64,000 nt of DNA from Podospora anserina (taxonomy: Eukaryota). Location of the stretch: contig CM030334.1 of NCBI GenBank assembly GCA_017654855.1, positions 2,790,001 through 2,854,000 of the forward strand, in the 5' to 3' direction. The notes under the pieces were generated by a model. That model worked only from the letters and a program-made list of their open reading frames with translations, was not told where the DNA came from and searched no databases. Below, piece by piece: positions 50,516-61,800 of this stretch; the stretch's first letter is position 1, and every line of letters starts with the position of its first letter. Position numbers and translations under genes: made by a program.

Positions 50516-51958
50516 TTAGAAGAGATTTCTTGCGGGGATGAACAACACCGCCACTGTCAGGCCAGATGACGAGATGCCGGCCCAGAGTATCGACAGGAAG
50601 ATGATTCGGTCTTGCAGGACGATCAGAGGTTTGCTTTCTACTGGGACTGCGGTGGTGAAGGTCTTTTTCTTCCAGCTCTGTTGTCGGTATTGTTCCTCCC
50701 AGGTGGTATTTTGCTCTCTGTCTCTTGTGTCGACGCCTGTCGGGGTAAATGGGGCTGTGGAACTGATGCTGGTGCTGGTCGTGTCCATCCTCTCATGCCC
50801 CCTTTTCTCATTCTTGTCGGTCGAGGGCGAGTGGAAGAGTGGAAGGGAGGTTTGCTCCCAAGGGCGAAGTTGGCGTTTTTGTTGAAAGTGGAGGTATACA
50901 TCTAGCCCTTTGATAGAGGCGAATAACCCGGTAAGCCCGGGCCAGAAGAATAGCAATCCGAGGACTCGTAGGTAGGGGGATTGCTTTGAGAGGATCAACA
51001 CCATCTCGACGATGAGCCCTAGTAGCGCGAGGATGGCGCAGATTACACCCGTGAAGACAAGCCGAGCAGTGTTTGCGTTGGTAATCGAGTGGCGGATAAA
51101 AGCTGGATGAAGCAGGTTTCTTAGTGTCGACTCGACCGACATGAATGCCGGAAGTAGGGCGGTAGGGTGGGTTGTATGCTGCACCGCACGTATGCACTGC
51201 TCTCTGTCGTGCCGTGATAGACATTTCAACGTCTCGGGAGAGGAGAGGAAGAGCTTTGTTATGCGGGAGAGTTCGGGGTGGTTGGGTTGGATGGTGACTA
51301 CTCTTGTCAGTTCAAATTTCGCAGGAGAAAAAGGGCAGCGGTTGGAAGGTTACATGGCTGCCAACTACACCCTCTCATCGACTCGGTCGGGCTCAAAATC
51401 CCACTTATAGAAGACGACGGCGTCCTCGGTTGCCCCGAAACAACAACCGACACAGCGCTCGCTGTTGTAACAGTAGAAGAAGCTGAACTCGACCGGCTTC
51501 TTGACATATCACCTTCCTTCTCGGGCTGCTCGTCAGAATGAGGGGAACTGATGTCCATAACTGCGAGCACCTTCTCCATCTTCAAGCTCCTGGCCCGTTT
51601 GTGGCTGTAAGTGATAAACCTCGCTGCTCTTGGGCCTTCGGTGGCTTTTTCTGGGTCCCATGCTGGGGATAGGGCTTTTTGGCGAGGGAGGAGTTGGGAC
51701 CAGCGTTGGACGTAGTCCCAGTACCAGAGGAAGAAGTGGAGGATTTCGGGGGAGTGGGAGGAGTGGGTTAGGTAGAGTGTGAAGTCGGGGAGGGAGCAGG
51801 GCTGGGATCGGGTGTTAGTGGTGGCGATGATAGGAGGGAAAGGGGTGGCTTACGGAGGCTGTTTGGTTCTTGACTACATTTTCGAAGGAGAGCTCTTTGG
51901 GGATCTTGGGGGAAGGGGTTGTTGGTTGGGGGAGCTGGGTTGCTTCAAAGTCCGCCAT
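50516..51958 (-). CDS. Fungal RGS-domain membrane protein (Rax1-like family), 3 exons
   Basis: Spliced MADFEAT...IPKELSFENVV..TASPCSLPDFTLYL...PEILHFFLWYWDYVQRW, WQPFTIQP, QHTTHPTAL, then TM helices and RQLRPWE. Confidence 0.78.
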
Positions 51959-53921
51959 CTTGAGAGGATGTTTGTGATTCAAGTTGGAACGAGAACGGTC
52001 TTGGACAGTGCCTGGTCAGGGAGGTGGTGGTAGAAACATCAAAAGGTCGTCGAGCATGAGAGATCGATGAGATGTTTAGACACTCATGGGACCTGGTCTA
52101 GACTAATATGAAAAAGCCAAAGTCGTCCAGAAATGGATCAGACGAGCTTCATCCAAAGACGGGAAACCACACATTTTAGTAGCCTGTTCCATGTTCTGCT
52201 TAAGGCATCTAGAATATCACTCTTGAGACGACAAACTTGGTCCACCAATCACGGTACTCTACAAGCATCATAAGCGTCGGCCAGAAGTGCTCAATCGTGG
52301 CGTTGCGGCGGCCCAAGGGATCGAGGCCGTCGATGTATCTGGAGGCGAGCAGATCAAGGGGCGCTGACGAAATCTCTCTTGCAACCGCAAGCTCTCCCCA
52401 AATCGACAAAAAGGTCTGATCGTGCTCAAAACCAGGGGTGAGGGAGATCAATGCCGCGTGCCTTGTTGCGGAGGCTAAGGCATGTCATGTAAGTAACGAC
52501 TTTCCCGATCAGGAAACTGATCCTTCGACAGCTCGCTTTTGGAATCCGGGGAAGGTAAAGACTTCGGTCGGTCAGGGGCTCGTTCGTCGCCCTGCGGTCC
52601 GTTACCCGCCAGATCTACCAAAAAAAGAAAGGGAAAAGGTACAGTACCGCTGCCGGGTCGGTTGTTGAGTCGGTGACTTGGCTCGCGGTCCCGTTAGTCT
52701 CGCGTTTCAGATCTTCGATAGGCGGGATGTCTAAAACCAAACTTGGAATTTATTCCAGGAATGATAAGGATAAACTTGTTGATTGTCAATGCCTTCAAGT
52801 GATCTTCCCGGGTAAACACAAAACCATAAAGTTCGTGGTTTCGATTGCTGGTGATGTTTGGTGGGAGTTGTTGGTGGTGAGTAAGATATGTCAGACCTTG
52901 GTGTAAGGCGACCAAAGCATCGTCAGCATCATCCTTATGCAAGCTTCCTAAACAATGGGAGTCTTTAAAGTGAGGCTCTTCTGCCGCATGCAACCCTCCC
53001 ATCGCTAGTGATGGAACACCCTCCGTCTCATCGGAATTACAGTTACCTCGCTGGCCCCCAAATCCGGGTTGCATTCTGAGTGCCGACGGCCCTCGAAGCC
53101 TTTAGCGACATCTTATACCGTCGAACAAGATTTCTTTTTTTTTTTTTCTTTTTTCTTTTTTTGCATAAATTTCCGAGGGAGCGGTACAGTCGAAGGCCCC
53201 TTGTTACTTGCTGTTGACCCTATGTTGGGAACGAAGTATCATCGACACACGGAGCCGTAGATCATCACCACCCCTGGGCTGGCTTATCTCGAATATTTGC
53301 GGGACACGTCAAGTGGTCTTTCGGACTTCTTCATGATAACCCGTTACGCCGTGGACAAATAAATGGAGACTTCTATTGCGAACGAGACCTTCTTGTGGTG
53401 TCGTCGATGGCCGTGGCAAGTGCATCGGCGAGATGTACCCGTAAGCTTTCTTTCAGAGGTCCAGTAGCTTCGGTCACCTCATCATCTATAACACCTTTAG
53501 TTATTGTCCCTTCGACCGCCAGGGACGTTGGAGTGAAGTTGCAACCCAGAATCTGATGACACTGATGTGATGGTGGGATGCCCAGGCCCAACGGTGTAAG
53601 ACGGACCAACTCCGAGGCTGAAGGAGCCGGTAGTCAACCACCGACTGGGTGCATTAAGCCTACCATTACGAAAACACCGGGCAATAATCAAACGCCACGC
53701 CTTGGGCTATAGCGAGTAGGATTGCTGAGCCAAGGTTCTGGTTAGAAATGGCGATACCACCTCACAGCGTTGTTCTTCGTATTCGAGGTTGGGGATGGTC
53801 AGCAGGTTGTCAGATGGAAAGCCAGGTTCAAGAGATGTAAATGAGAATATATATTTCATCTTCGGGGACCGTTGCTGTCTCATGGAAAAAGTCGGTAATT
53901 GTCCGGGATAAAGACATAACA

Positions 53922-54471
53922 ATGCATTTTCGATCTGTTATTGAACTGTTGGCGATGTCGTCGTTGGCCGTGACGGGCGCCTCGGCGGCATGCACTCGTA
54001 AGTCTCTGTCATATCTTCTTGGCTTGGAGTTCTCATAGACTGACTCCAGCGGCGAACAGCGATCCCATCCTCCAGTACTGCCACTCCAACTCCGACCCCC
54101 AGTGTCACTCCCGACTGCGGTGGCGACCAGTCCATCGCTCTTTGCTGTATGAACTTGGCTCCTTGGTCCACCAACAGTGGAATCTGGGGAGGTGCTTGTG
54201 GTTACTATCCTGCTGATCCCAACGAGAGGGTCGGGGCGAGGTGTATTACCCGTGAGTGCAGTTTGATTGATGAACGTTGGTTGAAAACTATGTGACTGAC
54301 AAATGATAGGTGCTCCTGGCACGAATTGCTTTGGCAGTCTCCTTGCAACTTGTTGCGCTGGGTTCATTGTAAGTGCCTGTCGTCGATCGTCTTGCGGAAT
54401 TCATGCTGATGATTTTTACCCCTTTGCCTCTATAGCCAGGACAGTGTTCTCTGGGTACTCGTTGCACATAA
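53922..54471 (+). CDS. Secreted class I hydrophobin-like protein, 120 aa; exons 53922-53997, 54060-54251, 54310-54368, 54436-54471
   Basis: Three introns (GTAAGT, GTGAGT, GTAAGT; CTGAC/CTGAT branch; YAG) keep frame. Signal peptide plus C-X8-CC-X31-C-X8-C-X7-CC-X13-C. Confidence 0.8.
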
Positions 54472-55032
54472 CTGGGTAGCAGTCGACGTGGAGAGATGTA
54501 CTGAAGAAGAAGGAGGTCAGAAAATACCAAACTGGAATGACATACCAAGGCTGCTCTCTCGCTTGTTGGGTCATGATTCGTTTCAGATCAGCTCCGATCA
54601 TATCACATGCAATAGCGAATGATTCCCAAAGTTGAGAAAGGGAAGCATCGAAAGTTCCGTTTCCCAAACAAGAATTGTTGTTTTTATGCGCCCTAGCACA
54701 GACGGCATGAATAATCGCCAGAACAAGCCGTAAAGATCTCAACTGCCTGTCATCCATCAACCCGCATAAACCGCAGGAAACTGAACAAAAGTACAAGAAG
54801 TGAGAAGATAGCATCTTATTATCTGCCGTCCTCCTCGACATCTGATATCTGATATCAGCTCAAAATAACACGCCGAACCCGTCTTAGTCCTTTTCAAACA
54901 TGCCAACGCCAAACGTGGATGGTATCAGGTCCGCACACCCACCCCAAAGTAAACCCCTCCAACGCCGCCCAATGTAAAGCAAATAGAGACCGAGAAATCG
55001 CTGCAAACCGGAACAGAAGGCCACAAGACTGT

Positions 55033-56465
55033 TTACTGCACCTTGGCCAAGATAGCCTTCTCTCTCTCACTCTTGCGCTTCTCAAACTTCTTGGCCGAGT
55101 GTTTCCGTTCGTTCTCCTCTCTCCTCTTGATGGCCGCCAACTCCTCGCGCTTGATCTCGCCCGCCTTCTTGATGACCTTGGGCACATGTCTGTGACGGCT
55201 GATGCGGCGGATTTCGGGCATATGGCCAAACCTTTCGGTAAGAGCCTTGTTGTATTCGAGGGCTTGTCGCTGCTTCGTCGACTTGACTCCACTTCTCTCT
55301 GAGGCGTTTGCGCGCCACAAACGGAGGTTGCCGTCGTCACTGCCGCTGATGAGGTACTTGGAGTCCATGGTCCACATGGTCCTGAAGACTCTCTGCATTC
55401 TCTTGGTGTGGTACATGTCGCGGGATGAACCTTGGTCGCGCTTGAAGATTCTGATGGTCCTGTCGTAAGAGCCAGTAACAAGCTCCTCACCGGTAGGCGA
55501 GAACTCAACATCCATTACAGCCGCGACGTGCCCCTTGTGGATGTTTTGAGCCTTGTTGAAGTTTCTGGCATCGAATACGTAGACATTATGGTCTTCCGAG
55601 GCCACAGCCAAGTTCATGGCCTCCATGGGGTTGAAAACAACACGGTTGGCCGCAAACTTGAGCACTGTCTTGACAACCGGCATATTTGTTCGCAGATCGA
55701 ACAAGATAACCGACCGATCTGTTCCGACAGACGCAATGATGGATGTTTCAACCTGATTGAAGCACACATCGGTAATGGTATCTGTGTGGTTGGGCCACTG
55801 GATGGTTTGGGCGGCTGTGCTCTGCTCAAGATCCCACACACGGATGCAGCCGGCACCTGAAGAAGCAGCAAAGACGTTTCCTGTCCGGTGGACCGAAAGA
55901 GAGGTGTAGGGGCCGCCTTCTTGCCATGATGCGAGAGGAGATGTGTTGTCGGAGGCTGGTGTGTAAGGGTCCCAGAGCTTGATACCGTCGGTCGCGCAAG
56001 ACAGAAGCTTCTTGTCGTTGGTGAAGGTCAATCCCTTGACGACATTGTTGTGGGCCGATGCCTTCCAAACCTCCTCCCGCGACGTAAGATCCCAGACCTT
56101 GACGATGCCGTCACCGGAACCGGAAGCAACACTGCTGAGAGAGTTCTTGTCCTTGCACATGCTGTAGATACCCTGTACGTGACCGCTCCCTAACTGTCCC
56201 AAAAAGGGCTTGGCGAACATGCGCTCCAACTTGACAGCATTGAGCGCTCTCTGGTATTCTCTGGCTCTCTCGAACGGATGGATTTCGGGGGCTAAGTTTC
56301 GGGGGGCGCGCTGGTTATCGGAACCAGGGGCCTGTTGGACCGTAGTCGGCCGAGTGAGGGCTTTGATCTGTTATGCCCATGTTAGCAGCCACAAAACCAG
56401 AGGTTGAAGCTATTCCAAGCTGCTAGTAGCTCTGAAAACATTCTGCCATTTCGCCGTACCTTCAT
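55033..56465 (-). CDS. SOF1: Sof1/DCAF13 WD40 U3 snoRNP protein; 6-nt first exon (MK), intron 56368-56459
   Basis: MKIKALTR, HPFERAREYQRALNAVKLERMFAKPF, WD repeats, YHTKRMQRVF, RRISRHRHVPK. Confidence 0.96.
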
Positions 56466-57023
56466 GATTTGTTCCCTGTAGCGGACTGGTAGTGTATCGT
56501 TGATCGCGCAAAGTGGTGGAGCGTGTGGTTGGTATTATCACCCGAAATAGTCTGCTCGTGGACAAGGATGTAGCGGTGAATTCGGAACAGATGTTGGACA
56601 GGCAGATGCTTCTTTCAATCGCCTGCTCCAAAGTCCAGGCGCATCTCGAAATTTTGGCGGGGTCTGGAGGCAGAATGCTCACCGCCCGCTATTGGTCAGC
56701 CACACCAGCTCCCAGCAACCGATTGGCGCCACAGTAAGGTGGACCTGCCAAGGCTGGATGCCGCTAGCTCCATTACGTCGCAAGCACGGCTACCTAGCTG
56801 ACCTTGCAGGGGTGGACTGGTGGTGAGGCGGCGGGCATCCATCCAGGTTGGATTTGGAGAGCTGCAACCACGACCGCTTCCCAACGCTATAACCAATACC
56901 AACAGCATCCATTTCACGAGCCATATCCGCGACGACCTTGCCGTACCATCTTGATCGACCGGGGACTCTCAACTTACAATCACCCCCTTCCAACCAACAG
57001 CATCCACGCAACACGCAGTCACA

Positions 57024-58412
57024 ATGGCGCAAGGCGACTCCGAGAGGGTGCGCGAGGCTCAGAAGCTCGCCCCAGTCAACCCCCAGAAAGCTATCGAACT
57101 TTACAAGGAGATTATCTCCCAACCGCCATCCATAAACTCCGAGGCCGCTATTCGGGAATATGAGACTGCCCTTATCAGCCTGGGAGAGCTCTACCGCGAC
57201 CAACAGTGAGCCCCTCGTTGGCAGCCTTCATGCGGGAACTGCTCGTCTGACCCTAACTAGGAACACACACGAGCTCGTGGGTCTCGTAACCACAAGCCGG
57301 ACAGTTCTGTCTTCGTTCGCCAAGGCAAAGACAGCCAAGTTGGGTATGTAGCTGGGTCATAGGAGGCTTGCTTGTTGACCAGAAACTGACCTCACCCCCC
57401 ACCAGTCCGCCAGCTCCTCGACCTTTTCGATGCCATCCCCAACTCCCTCGAAACCCAGATCGCCGTCACAAAATCTTGCATAGAATGGGCCACCTCCGAG
57501 AGACGAAGCTTCCTCCGACAAAACCTCGAGACCCGCCTTGTTGCCCTGTACATGAAGAAGCAAGCGTACTATGATGCTCTTACACTTATCAACGGCCTCC
57601 TCAAAGAGCTCAAGCGCATGGACGACAAGCTTGTCCTCGTCGAAGTCCAACTCCTCGAGTCTAGAGTGTACCACGCCCTCGGCAACATCTCCAAAGCCCG
57701 CGCCGCCCTCACCAGCGCTCGTACCTCTGCCGCCTCAGTCTACACCCCCCCTCTCCTCCAAGCCAACCTCGACATGCAGTCCGGCATGCTCCACGCTGAA
57801 GATAAGGACTTTCAGACGGCATTCTCCTACTTCATCGAGGCCCTCGACGGCTACCACTCCCAAGACGAGGCCTCCCGCGCCCAGGCTGCGCTGCAGTACA
57901 TGCTCCTCTGCAAGATCATGCTCAACCTCGCCGACGACGTCAATCAGCTCATGACCAGTAAGCAGGCCCAGAAATACGCCGGCAAGTCCCTCGAGGCTAT
58001 GAAGGCCATCGCCCGCGCGCACTCTAACCGCTCACTGGAGGAGTACGAGCGTGCCCTGGGTACCTACAAGTGGGAGCTGGCGAGCGATGGATTTGTCCGG
58101 AACCATCTGAGGAGGCTGTACGATGCCATGCTCGAGCAGAACCTTATCAAGGTCATCGAGCCGTTCAGCCGGGTTGAGATTGACCACATTGCCAAGATGG
58201 TCAGCTTGGACAAGGAGCAGGTGGAGAGGAAGCTGTCGCAGATGATTCTGGACAAGGTGATTATTGGTGTGCTGGATCAGGGGGCGGGTTGCTTGATTAT
58301 TTATGACGAGACGCATCGGGATGAGGCGTATGATGCGGCGTTGGCGACGATTGAAAAGTTGAGCAATGTGGTGGATGTGCTTTACACCAACCAGGCTTCG
58401 CTTTTGGAGTAG
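57024..58412 (+). CDS. RPN6: 26S proteasome lid subunit Rpn6 (PCI domain), 3 exons
   Basis: FAKAKTAKLVRQL, LLKELKRMDDKLVLVEVQLLES, ARAALTSART, QNLIKVIEPFSRVEI, LSQMILDK. Confidence 0.96.
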
Positions 58413-58875
58413 GTTGGCTTTTCAAGAGGGAAGAGGTGGAATTGCTGTAATATCACTACACTAGGTTAGGGTGAGGAGGTACTTGACAGAGAACGCACTC
58501 TTAGAAAAAGGGGTGTGGAAATTGAGAATCAAGCGTTGATCGTGAGGGTTATTTGATATGTGATACAGATATGAACAGACAGTGAGTGAACGATCAATGC
58601 CAAGGTGGCCTGGTTTGACGCAACGTAAGAAAACAAAACAATTCATTCATGTGGTATCTTTGACGCTTTCCTTTTCCTCCCATGTTCTGATCCTGACAAC
58701 CATAACCCTGCCTTGACCCAACAAACAATGTTAAAAGAAATAAAAAAAGAAAGAAACAGCAACCTTGGTATCTCCCTGTTTGGTCCGTTATACTACCCAG
58801 CAGTATTCCCTTATCCCTCTTCCATCTGATATCCTGACTTGCATATTTCCAACACTTTCTCAACTATCCCAACAA

Positions 58876-61800
58876 TCACCTCCTGCTCCTCTCTTTCCTC
58901 TTCGGCTTTTCAACCTTATACTTCTTCCCCCCACCAGCAAACACCCCTCCAAGGCTAAACCACCCCCTCTTTTTCCTCTCCCTCTCCTTCTTTACCTCCT
59001 CCCTTTTCCTCCTCCGTTCCTCCATCCCCTTCCTATCCCGTCTTCTCATCTCCCCTATCAGCACAGCAAATAACATCCGTACAAGCTCCCACTCCGTCCA
59101 TTTATCTTCTTCTCCTCGGGTGTGCAAGACAACGTGTTTGTAGTACTCTACTATCTGCAAGTGCCAGACCTCAATCGTCATTGCTTCTTGTGGTTCCCCG
59201 ATTGAGGGGACGAGACCGACGTAGGATTTTGAGACGTCGGATAAGGGGAGGATGGGGAGGCGGTGTTGGCGGTGGAGGGTGAGGCATTGGTCTAGGAGTT
59301 CCCAGTTGGGGATTCCCCATCCTTTGAGGGGGTCATTTGGGGGGGGAGAGGTGGTGGTGGGGACGAGGGAGGAGAGGAGAGAAAGGGGGTTGGGGAGGGA
59401 GGGGAGGGAGAATTTGGGAAAGAAGGATTGGGGGGGTTCTTCTTCTTGCTCTTGTTCATGGTCGTGTTCGCCCTGTTGATGATGATCATGGTCGTCTTCT
59501 TGGTTGTAGTCGCCATGGTCATAGTCATCCTCGTGATCGTAGTCACCCTCTTGAGCGTAGGTGCCCTGTTGATGGTGATCGTAATCTCCCTCTTCTTCCT
59601 CATCCGAGTAATCCTCTTCCTCAACAGGCTCAAGATCCCTCCCCTGGTAATCACGTTGCCGAGGCTGATACGGTTCATACCGCTGCTGGTCCTGTTCAGA
59701 CAGAGGAGGGGTAGGCTCTTGGTCCCTGTCTTCACCATCCTCATCATAATGACCCTGATCAGGCTCCTGCTCCCCAATTGCCTCCCAATCCAACTCTGAC
59801 GGCTGCTCCTCCACTTCCCGGCCATACCCCTCCCACGTAGCCCCCCTCGGTCTCTGTTCCGGTTCTTGCGCCTTGGCCTGATGAAGTCTCTGCTCAAACG
59901 ACGCCTTCCCATAGTGCAGCGGCGGTCCCAACTCTTGTGCCCTCCAACCCTGCCGGTCCTGCTGCTCTCTCAACTCCCGATCTTTTCGCTGCTGAGAGGT
60001 ATCCGAGAAAGGATCAGCTTGCCGCCCATTCTCTTCCTCTTCACTGGCTTCAGGCTGTGGCTCAGGCAGCTCAGGGTAGCTAACCACCGGCTCCTCACGA
60101 CGGTTGTCCGCCCCAGTCCGCTCACCAATTCCACCTTCTCCAGCACCTTGCTTCTGACTCCGAGATTGCCTCGTCTTCTGCGGTGAGTTTGCCCGCCTCT
60201 CGCGCGGCAACGGCGAGAGCGTACTACTCGTAAACTCGACAACCGGCCCGGGAGTCTTCCCCTTGAGCGGCGATCGAAACGAGGATTTGGCAGGAGACGC
60301 CGCTCGGTTCGGCTCATGTCTCGGGGGCGTAGTTTTTGGACTAGAAAAAACCTCGGCCGAGATTTGTTGACCGTTCTGAGCCCGTACCCGCTGCCGACGT
60401 TTCTTTTGAGGCTCAATCAACTGACGGCTTTCCTCAAAGAAGCGGCCGACTTGGCTGTTGTCTGGGTTGAGCACATTGGTGGTGGCCGGGGGGGCTGCTG
60501 CTTTGGCGGGCCCTGCCTGTGGCTGGAAGAGGGTATTTTCTCCAAATTCTCGTCTGCGGGGCGCAAAGTTTCGAAGCTGGGGGATCTTATTCGGGTTCTC
60601 TTGAGGCTCGACGGGAGAGGGGGGGCGAGGGGCGGGGATGGGCGGTCGTTCTGGCTCTTTGCCCTTGGCCCGAATGCTCGTCTTTGCTTGATCGGCCGTG
60701 TTATCCGTCCGAGAAGTGGATGGCTGAGTTGTAAACGGCTGCGCTGCAGACGGCTGAGATGCAGAGGGTTGCGATGTTGAAGGCTGCAATGCAAATGACT
60801 GCGATGTAGAGGCTGCTGTCATCTGCTCCTTCGCCTTCCTCTGACCTTCCGTGATCCTGGCCAACCGCTTCTCCATGATCTCCTGAGCACGAGCGGAAGT
60901 GGACCTTCGTCCTCTGTCCTTTTCCTTGTCTTTTAAACCGCCATCGATGCTTTCAAGGCTATCATCATGTGCGCCAGACGGCACCTCCACGTTCTGCGAA
61001 GCATTCCCGAAACCCGATTGCTTCTCAGTGACTGCTTCAGCAGTAACACTTTGATTTTGCTGTTCCTCAATCTCCACCAAATGAGCAAACAAGCTATTAT
61101 CCGGTTGTCGCAGCTTCTTCCGTTCCTTTTGTTGCTGTTGTACTAGGTTGTTGGCTGGCTCTCGCCGTGATGGCTTGAACAACCCCATACCGGGCGTCTC
61201 TTGGCCAGGCAACAAGACAGGCGATGAAAAAAAGCCGCTCAGATTGGTCCTCGCCGGAGCTGGGGTGGGTTTGACGGCCGGCCGCTTGTCAAGCTGTTCC
61301 AGAATAGAACTGGACTCTTGTTCGATTTCATAAGCGTCATCAATCTGAGAATTCCGTGAAGAGCGAAGCTGATTTTCTTGGCCATCCCTCTGTTGTTGAC
61401 GGCTGATACTCCTCCCCAGAGTCGGGATCTTGCTGCTCTGCCGGGACTCAACAACAGGTGCTTTGATCCGCGGGGGCACCACTCTTGGAGCGAAAGGGGT
61501 GACGCCACCAGCCTCGAGCCAGAAATCAGCATCATCTTCCTCTTCCTGAGCCGGCTGCTCTGGTTGCTGTGTGTTAACAGGGTCCATAGTGAAAGGCTCC
61601 GGTTCAGGCTGGGGTGTCGGTTCTTTGGCAGGCAGACGAGTCGCTTTTTGTTGTGGTCTCCTGTCTGTAGTCTCGTGATTTCGGCTAGAAGTAAACGACC
61701 CCCGGAAACCAAAATTGCTTGTGCGCGCAGGCTCGGCTCGCTCTTGAGCCCGACGTCGTGCTGGTTCAGCGATCGCAGAATTGGGAGCGCTAACGGTAGC

